A stretch of DNA of 64,000 nucleotides from Longimicrobiales bacterium (GCA_965219445.1 CBDCNQ010000002.1:352001-416000); one strand, 5' to 3'. Positions 22,344 to 33,695 are shown, counted from the stretch's first letter. The notes: generated from the letters alone by a model not told the origin. A program made the numbers and translations.

Positions 22344-22548
22344 CGGCGTTCTCCTCTTGGATAGGTGGGTTGCTTCCTTGCGCGAATAATGATGAACGCG
22401 CACCCGTTCCCGGAGGAGAACGCCTCTTCGTCTTCGGGCTGCTTAGCTGCTGATCGGTACCGGTAGCGGTCGCCATGCCCCTATGATGCCTTTGATCCTA
22501 GCTCAAGGACATGAACCAAAGCGCCTAGCTCAGAGATTCCAATAGCGA

Positions 22549-22592
22549 GACGCCCACCCCCATCGTTCGGAGGTGGCCGTCTTCTCGTTCAG
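22549..22592 (+). repeat. Dispersed hairpin repeat, copy 2
   Basis: 33-bp core identical to 18987, followed by TTCTCGTTCAG. Confidence 0.85.
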
Positions 22593-22747
22593 TGGAGCGA
22601 CAAGCTACGTTGGGTGGGTGGGCCGAAGGACATACGGGCCGCGCAGGAACGTTTGGTGTTGAGAGGACGTCGCGGGCTGCTACAAGACTAATAGCCCCGG
22701 CCCTTCCGCTCGCTAGCCCAGGCCCATACCATCTCCGGCAGAGAATC

Positions 22748-24148
22748 ATGTCACAGTTCAGGATACTGCGGTACGGTCTTCTGCTGTCGGCCGTGATGTT
22801 TGCGGTGGCGTGTGCACCGGAGGGTGGGCCACCACAGACGACCGGCAACGTGATTTGGTTCGTGGGAGCGCGGCTGATCGTCGGCGACGGTGAGGCACCC
22901 ATCGAGAACTCCGCGTTTCTCGTGGAGGGTGACCGCTTCACATGGGTCGGCCGGCAGGGTGATAGAGAACCCCCTGACGGTTCTGTCCATGTGGACCTGA
23001 CCGGCAAGACCGTGATGCCGGCCTTGATCGACGCTCACAACCATATCGGGCTCACCAACGTCAGGGACGGCACCAACAGTAAGGACAATTACACGCGCGA
23101 GAACCTCATCGACCACCTGCAGCGGTTCGCGTACCACGGCGTTGCGGCCTCGATGAGCCTGGGTCTGGAGTTCGACGAGGAGCTGGCCTTCCGGATGCGG
23201 GACGAGGTGATCCCGAACGCGGCGCTCTTCCTCACGTCGGGTCGTGGAATCGCCGCGACGCCCATGGCGGGCCCCACGTCGGAGTATCGCCTCGGGATTC
23301 CACGCGGTGCCATGACCGAAGCCGAGGGCAGGACCGCGGTACAGGAGCTACATGCCAACGGTGTGGATCTCGTCAAGATCTGGGTCGACGACCGAGGGGG
23401 AAGGGTCCCGAAGCTGCAGCCCGGTGTGTACCGGGCGATCATCGACGAAGCGCACGAGAACGGTATGCGGGTCGTCGCCCACGTCGGTACGACAAGTGCC
23501 CTGGCGGACGCGAAGGACCTTCTCCGGGCCGGAGTCGACGGCTTCGCTCATACGGTTCGTGATCGGCCCATCGATGACGAATACATGGCGTTGGTCAGGC
23601 AGTACCCGGAAGTCTGGACCATCCCGAACCTGCCGGGCTCGCCCGTGACCGCGGCCGACCTCGCGTGGCTGAGCGCGACACTGCCGCCCGCCGAGATCGA
23701 GAGGCTGCGCAACCAGCTCGAGCGGCTACCCGACGGGATCGAGAGGCTAGGCGACCAGATCGAGCCCATAGAGGCTGTGGGAAATCCACAGTTCCAACTC
23801 CAGTGCCGCAACCTGGGAAGGAACCTGGAAGCGGGTATGATCATCGGCATGGGAACCGACTCCGGAACGAGCGTCGCCTGGACCGTTCATACCGAGCTGA
23901 GGGACATGGTCTCGTGTGGACTTAGTCTCATGCAAGCGATCGTAGCGGCGACCCGGACCAGCGCAGAGATTCTCGGCCTCGATCGGCTAGGGATGGTGGC
24001 ACCGGAAAAGAGCGCCGACTTCGTGGTGCTCGACGCGAATCCTCTGAACGATATCACCAACACGCGACTGATCTCCCAGGTCTATCTGCGGGGTGAGGAA
24101 GTCGACCGTGCGGCGCTGAGGGCTGGGTTCATGAATGGCGTTAGGTGA
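22748..24148 (+). CDS. Amidohydrolase family lipoprotein
   Basis: PALIDAHNH, VKIWVDD, VVAH, GTDSG, ADFVVLDANPL. Confidence 0.85.
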   Translation: MSQFRILRYGLLLSAVMFAVACAPEGGPPQTTGNVIWFVGARLIVGDGEAPIENSAFLVEGDRFTWVGRQGDREPPDGSVHVDLTGKTVMPALIDAHNHIGLTNVRDGTNSKDNYTRENLIDHLQRFAYHGVAASMSLGLEFDEELAFRMRDEVIPNAALFLTSGRGIAATPMAGPTSEYRLGIPRGAMTEAEGRTAVQELHANGVDLVKIWVDDRGGRVPKLQPGVYRAIIDEAHENGMRVVAHVGTTSALADAKDLLRAGVDGFAHTVRDRPIDDEYMALVRQYPEVWTIPNLPGSPVTAADLAWLSATLPPAEIERLRNQLERLPDGIERLGDQIEPIEAVGNPQFQLQCRNLGRNLEAGMIIGMGTDSGTSVAWTVHTELRDMVSCGLSLMQAIVAATRTSAEILGLDRLGMVAPEKSADFVVLDANPLNDITNTRLISQVYLRGEEVDRAALRAGFMNGVR

Positions 24149-24226
24149 GGGAGGATTGGCCGAGACGCTAGCTCGTCAGCTTCTCTAGCTTGCAGTCTCA
24201 CACCAGGCAGGCGCATTTTGTCCGCC

Positions 24227-24463
24227 ATGTCCGATCCCGCCTCCCGCCTGAACGCAGCCCTCGAAGGCCGCTACGCCATTGAGCGTGAGCTGGGTGAGGG
24301 TGGCATGGCCACGGTCTACCTGGCCGACGACCTCAAGCACAACCGCAACGTAGCCCTCAAGGTCTTGAAGCCTGAGTTGGCTGCGGTTGTCGGGGCCGAG
24401 CGGTTCCTGGCGGAGATCCAGGTCACCGCCAACCTCCAACATCCGCACATCCTGCTACATTGA
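24227..24463 (+). pseudogene. Ser/Thr kinase N-terminal fragment
   Basis: [16 protein letters not shown]...LQHPHIL then stop. Confidence 0.85.
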
Positions 24464-24492
24464 CTGTCTCCACCCTGAAATAGGTAGGGCGG

Positions 24493-26823
24493 ATGAAGAA
24501 CCTGGAGGCCCGCGTGTCATTTTCTCTCCTGGCCCTCATCGCCGCGCTGGCCATGTGGTCACCGGTTTCGACGGACGGTCAGGCCAGACGCTCCGGCGAA
24601 GCTCGACTGTCTTCGGACGCCAGGCTGAACCCGCCAGGGCCGGTGGCGTCGGCCACGATAACGCGTACGGACAACGGGCGGGCCACGGTTCGGGCCGTCA
24701 GGCTTTCGGAGCCGCTGAACGTGGACGGAGTCCTGGATGAAGCTGCGTACCAGACACCGCCGATCAGCGGGTTCCTCCAGACCCTCCCCCTAGAGGGGGA
24801 GCCGGCGACGGAGAGGACGGACGCCTGGGTGTTCTATGATGACGACAACATTTATCTCGTGTGCCGCTGTTGGGACTCGGCGCCGCCCGAAGAGTGGATC
24901 GCCAATGAGATGCGCCGCGATACGAACGGTTTGCAGCAGAACGATTTCTTCGGTGCGCTCTTCGACACGTTCCTCGATCGCCGCAACGGGTTCAACTTTT
25001 ATACGAATCCGCTCGCGGCCCGCGCAGACGAGTGGATTACGGACGAGGGGAACCCGAACTCGGACTGGAACCCGGTCTGGTCCGTCCGGACCGGCCGCTT
25101 CGAGGGCGGCTGGACGGCGGAGATGGCGATTCCCTTCAAGTCCCTCCGGTACGTTTCCGGTGAGGACCAGACCTGGGGGATCCAGATTCGGCGGGCCATT
25201 CGGCGAAAAAACGAGTTCGCATATCTCACGTTCGTCCCGGCTTCGACCGGCGGCACGTCGAGCATTTTCCGCGTCTCCGCCGCAGCAGATCTGGTTGGCC
25301 TCGACCTGCCTCCGGCGGGGAGGAACATCGAAATCAAGCCGTACGCAATTTCGAGCCTGACCTCGGACCTAACTCAGGACCCGGTGATCGACAATGACGC
25401 CGACGGAGATTTCGGGCTCGACCTCAAGTACGGCATTACCGCCAACATCACGGCGGACCTCACCTACAACACGGACTTCGCCCAGGTGGAGGTGGACGAA
25501 CGACAGGTTAACCTCAGCCGTTCGAGCCTCTTCTTTCCTGAGAAACGGGAGTTCTTTCTCGAGGGCCGAGGGGTATTCGACTTCGGTAGCCGTGGTTTTA
25601 GGGGTGGTGGAGGTGGTGGAGGTGGTGGTGGTTTTGCTCGTGTCTCCCCTACGCCCTTCTATTCGCGACGGATTGGGCTGAGTGGCGCTAACGCAGTTCC
25701 GATCCTCGGCGGCGGGCGGGTGACCGGCAAGGCGGGGCGCCTGAACTTCGGGCTCATGAACCTGCAAACGGACGACATAGATGGAGTCACACCGAAGACC
25801 AATTTCAGCGTGGTGCGGGTCAAGCGGGACGTCCTACGCCGCAGCAGTATCGGCGCGCTCTTCACGAATCGGTCGAAATCGGTGGCGGTCGAGGGCACGA
25901 ATCAGGTGTACGGTGTCGACGGCACCTTCAACTTCGGCCAGGATGTCAGCTTCGGCGGGTTCTACGCGCAGTCCCGTACGCCCGGCCTGAACAACGACAA
26001 CGAGAGCTATGTGGGCCGGGCCAACTACGGCGGAGACCGGTATGGGCTGAATGCCGATTATACCGTGGTGGGGGACAACTTCAATCCTGAAATCGGTCTT
26101 GTCCGCCGCGATGACTTCAGCCGGTTTTCTACGTCGGCGCGGTTCAGCCCACGCCCGCGGTCGATCGACGCGATACGGCAGTTCAGATTGACGGGTGGCT
26201 ATGCGCGTATTGAGAGCCTGGACGGGGGAGTGCTCGAGACCGAAGGCTGGAACGGTGGCGTCAGCGTCGAGTTCGAGAACAGCGACCAGGTGGCGGTGTC
26301 GGGTATCGTCCTTTTCGAACGACTCGATGAGCCTCTTCGGGTTTCGAGCGCTGTCTCGGTTCCAGTGGGTGATTACGACTTCAAGAGCGTCACGTTCCTG
26401 TACGGCCTCGGCGCACAGCGTACGGTGTCGGGGTCCTTTTCTTTCCAGATCGGCGAGTTCTACGACGGCACGATCAGATCGGTAGCGTACAGACGAGGGC
26501 GCATCTCGGTGTCCGATCGGTTCTCGTTGGAGCCCAGCGTTTCGTTCAACGACGTGAAGCTGCCGGCCGGTGATTTCACGACCAACGTGTTTGGTCTGCG
26601 GGCCGACTGGGCGTTCACGCCGTTGATGTTCGTGGGAGGGTTGGTCCAGTACGACTCGGACAGCGACTCGTTCAGCAGCAATTTCCGGTTCCGGTGGGAG
26701 TATGCCCCCGGCAGCGAGTTCTTTGCGGTTTACACCGATGAGCGGACCACCCTGGGGGGCGGCTACCCGGACCTCCAAAACCGAGCCTTTGTGCTCAAGA
26801 TCAACAGACTCTTACGGTTCTAG
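24493..26823 (+). CDS. CBM9-like/DUF5916 outer-membrane protein
   Basis: DGVLDE, EMAIPFKSLRY, NTDFAQVEVD, FFPEKREFFLEG. Confidence 0.85.
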   Translation: MKNLEARVSFSLLALIAALAMWSPVSTDGQARRSGEARLSSDARLNPPGPVASATITRTDNGRATVRAVRLSEPLNVDGVLDEAAYQTPPISGFLQTLPLEGEPATERTDAWVFYDDDNIYLVCRCWDSAPPEEWIANEMRRDTNGLQQNDFFGALFDTFLDRRNGFNFYTNPLAARADEWITDEGNPNSDWNPVWSVRTGRFEGGWTAEMAIPFKSLRYVSGEDQTWGIQIRRAIRRKNEFAYLTFVPASTGGTSSIFRVSAAADLVGLDLPPAGRNIEIKPYAISSLTSDLTQDPVIDNDADGDFGLDLKYGITANITADLTYNTDFAQVEVDERQVNLSRSSLFFPEKREFFLEGRGVFDFGSRGFRGGGGGGGGGGFARVSPTPFYSRRIGLSGANAVPILGGGRVTGKAGRLNFGLMNLQTDDIDGVTPKTNFSVVRVKRDVLRRSSIGALFTNRSKSVAVEGTNQVYGVDGTFNFGQDVSFGGFYAQSRTPGLNNDNESYVGRANYGGDRYGLNADYTVVGDNFNPEIGLVRRDDFSRFSTSARFSPRPRSIDAIRQFRLTGGYARIESLDGGVLETEGWNGGVSVEFENSDQVAVSGIVLFERLDEPLRVSSAVSVPVGDYDFKSVTFLYGLGAQRTVSGSFSFQIGEFYDGTIRSVAYRRGRISVSDRFSLEPSVSFNDVKLPAGDFTTNVFGLRADWAFTPLMFVGGLVQYDSDSDSFSSNFRFRWEYAPGSEFFAVYTDERTTLGGGYPDLQNRAFVLKINRLLRF

Positions 26824-26876
26824 CCGCGACGCCCGAGAGAACGAGTGGCCACAGATCGAAGTGTTGGCGCAAAATT

Positions 26877-28119
26877 TTGATCCAGTGCGGGTCACCGGTG
26901 AGGGAAGCTGGATCAAAGCGGTTCACCATCGTTGTGTACGAACGCGAACCCGGCGGGACGCTTTACGGTCGGGTGTGGGACCCCAACAAGTCCCGTGGGG
27001 AGAAGAAGGGGGACTGGAAAAGAAGGTCCCTTGGCCATCGGGACCGAGAGGCTGCGAAAGCCTACGCCCTGCAGCAGGCCGGTAAGCTCAGAAAAGGCGA
27101 CGCTGAGACTCAGCGGGGAGAGGTGACCCTAACTTAGGTTTTCGCACTATACGAGCGTCACCGAACCCCTCGAAAGAGCCTGAAGGAGCAGAAGGCCGAC
27201 ACTCGACGTATCGAACTATGGACCCCGCGTTCTTGGGGCCGAGAAGAACCCTCAAAAGGTCTCGCTGTCCGAATGGGAACGGTTCATCGATTCCCGGACC
27301 TCTGGTCAAATCGACGCGAGAGGGAAGAGGGTCTCGGGGGCGAAGGGACGGCGAGTCAGGACCCGGAATGTTGAGGCCGATCTCAAATGGCTTCGGTGGG
27401 TGTTCAATTGGGCAGCGAAGTGCTGTACACCGCAGGGGCAGTACCCGATGCGGGAGAACCCAGTCCGAGGTTTCGAAATTCCCACTGAGAAGAACCCAAT
27501 GCGTCCGGTGGCTTCGACGGATCGGTACGAAGCGATACGAAAAATCAGCGACCTGCACCAGATGGAAATACGCTGGAATGGGAAACGTGAGAAGCAACGA
27601 AGTTACCTGTCGGAACTCCTCGATATCGTGAACGGCACGGGGAGACGAATCTCAGCCGTCTGTCAGCTTCGATATGAGGATATCCGATTGGCTGAAGGGC
27701 CTTACGGGTCGATTCGCTGGCCTGCTGATTTAGACAAGGAAGGTCGGGAGAGTTGCGTACCAATCAACCCAAACGTTCGACGTGCTTTAGACCAGGTGCT
27801 ACGAGACCGGCCTGGAATCGGATCTGCGCCCCTATTCCCCAAACCCACAGATCGTTCAGTTCCATTAACCATTCACCTCGCCTCGAAATGGCTTAGAGAG
27901 GGTGAGAAGCTCGCGGGACTCCAGACCCAAAAGGGAAGCCTGTGGCACGCCTACCGTAGGAAATGGGTCACAGAGCGGAAGCATCTACCCGATGTTGACG
28001 TAGCTGCAGCAGGTGGCTGGAACGACACAGAGGCCCTCAAATCCGCCTACCAACAGGCAGATACCGAGACTATGTTACGTGTCGTGTTGGAGCCGGTTGA
28101 GTTGAGAGAGACCCGATGA
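26877..28119 (+). pseudogene. Tyrosine integrase adjacent to tRNA-Arg, frameshifted in the 5' part
   Basis: TGRRISAV, DK, WHAYRRKW, AGGW, YQQ in 27400-28119; N-terminus split over frames. Confidence 0.75.
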
Positions 28120-28129
28120 AGAACCCTCT

Positions 28130-28168
28130 TTCATGCACAGCTTCATGCACAGCCCTTCGGGTGCATGA
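28130..28168. repeat. Putative integrase arm-binding repeats
   Basis: TTCATGCACAGC twice in tandem plus inverted GTGCATGA, between int and tRNA. Confidence 0.55.
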
Positions 28169-28216
28169 GAACGGAAAGAGCCAGAAATGGCTTTCTGAAG
28201 GGAACGAAACACTACT

Positions 28217-28290
<74 letters not shown>

Positions 28291-28539
28291 CTTTGGTAAG
28301 TCAAAGCCCTGATTGTACTTAGGATGTTTGAGGAATTCAAGCATGAGAATGCCGCTCTTGGCATCCACGAAGGCTCTGACCCTGTTGCGCCTTTTCTCTC
28401 CCGCCAAATAGCTCCAGTGCAATTTCGATTCACCCATCATCAAGCTCCTTTCTTGATGACGGACTGCACGATTGCCGTTGCGCTTGGAAGGTGGTCGAAG
28501 GTGTCGGCTGCTGGCAAGACTTCGGATATTTTTCCGAGG

Positions 28540-28950
28540 CAGATCGCGTTCCGCCATGAGTTCAACCACGAGCGGCCGCATGAGGCACTCCAGATGAAAG
28601 TCCCTGCGGAACTCTATCGGCCCTCTGACAGGCCGTACCCGAAGCACCTCAAATCCTTCATCTACCCCGGACACTACGAGGTCCGTAAGGTTAGCAGCAA
28701 CGGGGGTGTCCGCTGGAACACCCAGTGGCTCTGGGTCAGCCAGATTCTCGGCGGTCTCCACATCGGCCTAGAGGAGGTCGATCACCAAGCTTGGGACGTC
28801 TATTTCGGCCCTATTTTGCTCGGGAGGTTTTTGGAAAAAATCGGTCGCATCACTGACCCCCGAGGCCTTGTGATGCGTAACCCAAAAACTTAGAAAACTG
28901 TTACCTATCTCCCGGACTCAATCTGTTACCTATCTCCCCGGACCCTCACA
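28540..28950 (+). mobile_element. IS481-family 3' fragment with right end
   Basis: FNHERPHEAL, RKVSSNGGVRW, VYFGPILLG; near-tandem CTGTTACCTATCTCCC(C)GGAC ending in ACA. Confidence 0.75.
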
Positions 28951-29001
28951 CCTTCGCGAAAAGAGAGGACCTTGACTTTCCCCGATCTTGTAGAGCGACG
29001 G

Positions 29002-29433
29002 CTAACCCTCTCCGCTCCTGTCCTTGCGTACCGAGAACGCCCGGTCCCACAGCCAGTGTCCGTCAGACCGAATAAAGACCATTCCCTCGAACCAATTGGG
29101 CGACTCCCAACTGGTGTAGCCCACCTCGCCAACGATCCGGGTATTCAGATCCTCGAGCTCATATGTACCTAGAGGTCTTCCGTCTCGACTTGCCTCCATC
29201 TCACGAAGCAGGCCCTCGAATCCGTCCATATCGAAGCGCTGCCCGAAGATGATCATCTCGAACTCCCCCGTGGCGCCCTCGCGCATCGCCGAGTAGTTGA
29301 AGGCATGGCTGTAGTCGACGAATGCTTTCGCGGCGACCTCAACCTCGCTCGGGTCCAGGTCGGCAGGCTCATCACTCGGCCCGCACGCGGCGAGCATGCC
29401 ACAAAGGAGATAAAGTGTCACCCCGATCCTCAC
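29002..29433 (-). CDS. NTF2-like/DUF4440 lipoprotein
   Basis: Lipobox LAAC; W.E..VF....G.W....FS pattern. Confidence 0.55.
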   Translation of the reverse strand: MRIGVTLYLLCGMLAACGPSDEPADLDPSEVEVAAKAFVDYSHAFNYSAMREGATGEFEMIIFGQRFDMDGFEGLLREMEASRDGRPLGTYELEDLNTRIVGEVGYTSWESPNWFEGMVFIRSDGHWLWDRAFSVRKDRSGEG

Positions 29434-29491
29434 GGCGTCCTCCTTACCGGTTGATACTAACCTCGTGGATCGCTGCGCGGCTCAGAGAGGG

Positions 29492-31058
29492 CGGAACCTG
29501 TCAACGCCAGTGAGACACTCTTGGAAATCAATTAGAGAGCAATCTCCTGTGTCGTGAGGGATGGGGTGGGAGGATTGATCCAGACGGCCTCCGGGAGTGG
29601 TTTAGGCTTCGGCTCACCGGAGACGAAGCGCTCGGGATGAGCGGCCCATGCCTCACGGAGCACGGCCTTCCTGCAGGCGATGATCCGATCGGCGTGACCG
29701 AAGTGGACCTGTTCGGGGGTCAGCATCGAGATGCCGCCATGGCGGTGCTCGGCATTATACCAACGGAAGAACGAGCGACAGAAGGTCTTGGCTTGCCCCT
29801 GATCCCCGAACCGGCCGGGAAACGAGGGATGGTACTTCAAGGTCTTGAACTGAGCCTCGGAGAACGGATTGTCATCCGAGACCTGGGGTCGGCCCAACGA
29901 GCGGGTCACGCCGAGATCGGCGAGTAGTTGAGCCGTGCATTGGCTCGTCATCGGAGCCCCTCGATCGGAATGCAGGGTCAGGAGGTGGGGCTGGACGCCA
30001 TGCTTCAAGCAACTCTGCTGGATCAGCCGGCTGGCCAGGGCAGAGTTCTCCCGATCCGCCACCATCCATCCCACGACGTAGCGGCTGAAGATGTCCAGGA
30101 TCACGTAGAGGTAGAAGTAACTCCACTTCTTCGGCCCCAGCAGCCGGGTGATATCCCAGGACCAGACCTGGTTCGGGCCCCTCGCCATCAACTCGGGCTT
30201 CTGGTATTTGGGATGACTCCGCTGCGCTCGACGCTCCTGAACCGGCACCTGGGAAGCCAGAACGCGATACATCGTACGCTCGCTGCACAGGTAGACGTCC
30301 TCGTCGAGCAGCGTCGCCACCACCTCGGCTGGGGACCGGTCCACGAACCGCTCCGAACACAGGGTGTCGAAAATCTTGTCCCGCTCCCTCTCACTTAAGG
30401 CCCGGGCGGGGGTCGGGCGGGGCTGCTGATGCCCGGTCGATGCACTCCGACGACGGTAGAACGTGGCTCGCGGCACCCTGAGCGCATCGCACGCGGGCTT
30501 CACCCCTACGTGCTTGGCTAGCTCCTGGGTCGCCTTCATGAGTTCGTCCCGTCCTCGAGGCTCAATCCCAGCAGCCCTGCAACTTTTCCCTGGACGTCGA
30601 TGATCAAGTGCGCCTTCTGGAGCTCCTTCTCGAGGCGAGTGTTCTCGCGCTCCAGCTTGCGCACCTTCTCCTCCAGCGGATTGCGCTCGCGCTTACGGCC
30701 TCGTTTCTTCGACAGCGCTTTCAGGGACCCGCTATGCGCCGCCTTGCGCCATGTCGTCAGGTGCGACGAGTACAAGCCCTCCCGCCGTAGGAGTCGGCCA
30801 ACCTCTCCGGGCTCCGTGCACCGGTCCGCTTCTTCGACGATCCGCAGCTTGTACGACGGAGCGAACCGCCGGCGCAGCGGCCTATCTACCACCTCCGAGT
30901 CCGCAGGAGCTGCCGCGCTTCGCTTACCGTCCCAGGTTGGTGGGGCTATTCCATTCTCTTTCATTCTCTCTCGGTGTCTCAGCATCCTCGGTTTCTCTGC
31001 CTTCGCCCTACTCTAATTCCTTAGCTGCTCCGTGTCTCACGTAAGTTGGCAGAGAGGG
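29492..31058 (-). mobile_element. IS3-family element, 1567 bp (orfA 30536-30985, orfB 29532-30539)
   Basis: WSWDIT, HSDRG, DNPFSE DDE; orfA/orfB overlap ATGA; matching copies at 37976 and 44331. Confidence 0.92.
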
Positions 31059-31341
31059 CTGAGTTCCACGGCTATGGGGCGATCGAAGCAGAAACCGGAT
31101 CGAAATTCTACTTCGCCGCGCCCTACCACGCTCTTGGGAAAGGGGGACCAGCGAGAACACGAACGGTCTGATTCGTCAGTACCTACCGAAGCGTACCAGC
31201 ATGGCTCACATCACCCAGCATGCTTGCAACCGCATCGCTCACAAACTCAACAACCGACCCAGGAAGCGTTTAGGCTATCGCACCCCCGAGGAATGCTATG
31301 TACAGATCTAGCTCGTGTTGCACTTCAAAGTTGATCCGAAG
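31059..31341 (+). mobile_element. IS30-family 3' fragment ending at a cassette start
   Basis: ENTNGLIRQYLPK..LNNRPRKRLG; end GTGTTGCACTTCAAAGTTGATCCGAAG. Confidence 0.85.
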
Positions 31342-31855
31342 CAGCAGCCTTACCACGCCCTCTACGGCGACGTTTGGTCTGTTCCGGCCGATTGCTCTGC
31401 GGCGAGACAACGACATCGACATCACGCCCAAGAAGGTGGAGCAAGGCCAGCATCTGACCCACAGACTTCTTGGAATAGGTCGAATCCAGAAGGCGGTAGA
31501 ACTGGCTCGCAGAGGTTCCAAGGCGACGAATGAGTTCTCGCTTACTCAAGTCGGTGGACTCCACGGCCTTCTGCGCTTCCAACGTCAAGCGGTGAAGCAG
31601 GAGGTCGTTCAGATAACCCGGATCTTGATTGTACTCGAGTACGGCGTCGAGGTGGACGGTGTCCTCGCCCCCCTTGGCAAGACGATACGTGAAGCCCTCC
31701 TTGCCCAGGTCTTCATCCGGAAAAGCTTCGGTGATCCGATTCTTGGGATCCGGTTGTAGCCGGAGGAGTGCATAGGGGAAGGTGTAGGCGCCTGTACGAG
31801 TCTCGATTTCGAACGCCTTCTTACGGTTGTTTGCCCTCACGCTTTCGATCTTCAC
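31325..31855 (-). CDS. HTH antitoxin-like protein (reverse-oriented cassette gene)
   Basis: LSKRELIRRLGTSASQFYRLLD; coupled to the DUF4160-like gene. Confidence 0.65.
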   Translation of the reverse strand: MKIESVRANNRKKAFEIETRTGAYTFPYALLRLQPDPKNRITEAFPDEDLGKEGFTYRLAKGGEDTVHLDAVLEYNQDPGYLNDLLLHRLTLEAQKAVESTDLSKRELIRRLGTSASQFYRLLDSTYSKKSVGQMLALLHLLGRDVDVVVSPQSNRPEQTKRRRRGRGKAAASDQL

Positions 31856-32046
31856 AGCAACCCTTCCTCGCTCAGTTCCGTGATCAGACGCAGGATCCGA
31901 TTCGTAGGCCTGCCTTTCATCGGCGCGTGGTTCTCAAGGTCCCATTTGAGAACGAGGGTGCCGTCGCGATAGACGTGAACGTGGTGGGGGCTATGGTCAC
32001 CTTTCCAAGTCACGAATACGAAGCCGCCTCGTCGGATCTTGCCCAT
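31852..32046 (-). CDS. DUF4160-like putative toxin
   Basis: DHSPHHVHV motif; own promoter TTGCTT-17-TAGCAT just upstream of ATG. Confidence 0.65.
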   Translation of the reverse strand: MGKIRRGGFVFVTWKGDHSPHHVHVYRDGTLVLKWDLENHAPMKGRPTNRILRLITELSEEGLL

Positions 32047-32106
32047 GTGATATGCTACCACCTACGGTAACACTAAGCAAGATTGCCTCGCACGTTGGGG
32101 GCTGCT

Positions 32107-32201
32107 GTATAACGGATCTGCGATTCTGCTGCGCGGCTAATGTGGTGACCGCAAGCGAAGCGCGCGAGCCTGATGTCTACCGCGACTGCAGCAATCGCTT
32201 G
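32107..32201 (+). repeat. attC site interrupted by IS110 at the crossover
   Basis: R'' GTATAAC, arms GCGATTCTGCTG/CAGCAATCGC, then IS110 left end. Confidence 0.85.
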
Positions 32202-33411
32202 ATACTCATGCAGGCCCCCTCCTGGACCTCTCAGAGAGAGGACGGAATGATCAGAGCGCGACGCTCGATCCATCCAACCCAGGAGGGGAACCATGCGCTT
32301 CTACACCGGCCAGCATCGATACTACTGTGGCATCGACCTTCACGCTCGCACGCTCTACCTCTGTATCCTGGACTGCCAGGGCAAGATACGACTACACAAG
32401 AGGCTACGCTGTGAGCGCGAGGCACTGCTTCGCGCCCTCGAGCCGTACCGTTCAGATCTCGTCGTGGGCAGCGAGTGCATCTTCTGCTGGTACTGGCTCG
32501 CCGATCTCTGTGCTCGCGAGCAGATCCCCTTCGTGCTCGGCCATGCGCTCTACATGAAGGCGATCCATGGGGCCAAGGCGAAGAACGACCACATCGACTC
32601 CCACAAGACGGCGGTGCTGCTGCGCGGGGGTGCCTTTCCGGTGGCCTACGTCTATCCCCCGCAGATGCGAGCCACGCGCGATGTGCTCCGGCGCCGACTC
32701 TACTTCGTACGCAAGCGCGGCGAACTCCTCGCCCACGTCCGTAACACCTTTCATCAGTACAACCTGCCTCGGCCCTCCGGTCAGCTCCTCTATAAGAAGA
32801 ACCGCGAGGGACTGGCCCAGGCATTCGACGATCGCATGATCCAGAGGACCATCGAGGCGGATCTCGCACTCGCGGATCGCTTCGACCCCGTGATCCGAGA
32901 ACTCGAGCGCACGATCGAAGAAGAAGCCCGCGTCCACGACCACGACACGCTGCAGCGGCTGCGAACCATCCCCGGCATTGGCCGCATCCGGGACAGCGCT
33001 TTCAGGGACCCGCTATGCGCCGCCTTGCGCCATGTCGTCAGGTGCGACGAGTACAAGCCCTCCCGCCGTAGGAGTCGGCCAACCTCTCCGGGCTCCGTGC
33101 ACCGGTCCGCTTCTTCGACGATCCGCAGCTTGTACGACGGAGCGAACCGCCGGCGCAGCGGCCTATCTACCACCTCCGAGTCCGCAGGAGCTGCCGCGCT
33201 TCGCTTACCGTCCCAGGTTGGTGGGGCTATTCCATTCTCTTTCATTCTCTCTCGGTGTCTCAGCATCCTCGGTTTCTCTGCCTTCGCCCTACTCTAATTC
33301 CTTAGCTGCTCCGTGTCTCACGTAAGTTGGCAGAGAGGGCTCCGCTTACGGCGCCGCTCCGCGGCGCGGAGGAGGGAACTTGCGCGCTCTTGACTCCGGG
33401 GGCCTGATAAG
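32202..33411 (+). mobile_element. IS110 (attC-targeting) copy, internally replaced by IS3 fragment 32989-33339
   Basis: Left end ATACTCATGCAGGCCCCC, tnp 5' part, right end ...GGGGGCCTGATAAG. Confidence 0.85.
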
Positions 33412-33458
33412 TGTTAGAGCGCTTGCCCTCGATGGTTATACCATGGTATTATAACGGT

Positions 33459-33695
33459 ATGAAAACAGCGATATCACTACCAGATGACCTCTTTGAGTCT
33501 GCCGACGCCCTCGCCGAGCGGTTAGGGTTGTCCCGAAGCGAGCTCTACGCAACGGCCGTTGCGGAGTACCTAGCCAAACACCGTGATGAGGATGTGACAG
33601 GCAGACTGAACGATGTCTTCGCCGACGAACCCAGCGGTATCGAGCCGGCGTTAAGGGCAGCCCAGGCACGAAGTGTGAGTTCGGCTGAGTGGTAG
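33459..33695 (+). CDS. CopG/RHH antitoxin
   Basis: MKTAISLPDDLF..A..LGLSRSELY; palindromic operator overlapping -10. Confidence 0.8.
   Translation: MKTAISLPDDLFESADALAERLGLSRSELYATAVAEYLAKHRDEDVTGRLNDVFADEPSGIEPALRAAQARSVSSAEW

Larger units (their letters stand above)
20903..22488 (-). mobile_element. IS110/IS1111-type element inserted in the IS256 left IR
   Basis: Subterminal IRs GGGGC(A)TGGCG; AAGG shared at both junctions; predicted circle promoter TTGACC-17-CATCAT. Confidence 0.85.
19535..22498 (-). mobile_element. IS256-family element whose left IR is interrupted by an IS110
   Basis: Right IR GGGTCAATAGGTGTGTAAA; reconstructed left IR GGATCAAAGGGTGTGTAAA (16/19 identical). Confidence 0.8.

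Noticed and set aside
19795..22476. Long ORFs 19795-21213 (+) and 20863-22476 (-), and similar antisense ORFs such as 48481-49977
   Set aside because: Shadow frames of transposases and enzymes in GC-rich DNA, with no motifs.
25602..25632. GGT/GGA microsatellite as a contingency locus
   Set aside because: In-frame poly-Gly linker in the DUF5916 protein; no evidence of phase variation.
28898..28950. Tandem ~21-bp repeat as mini-CRISPR or iteron
   Set aside because: It lies at the end of an IS481 fragment terminating in ACA and fits transposase-binding repeats.
29002..29462. DUF4440 gene as a minus-strand cassette (GTTAGTA upstream)
   Set aside because: No complementary R'' or attC arms downstream.
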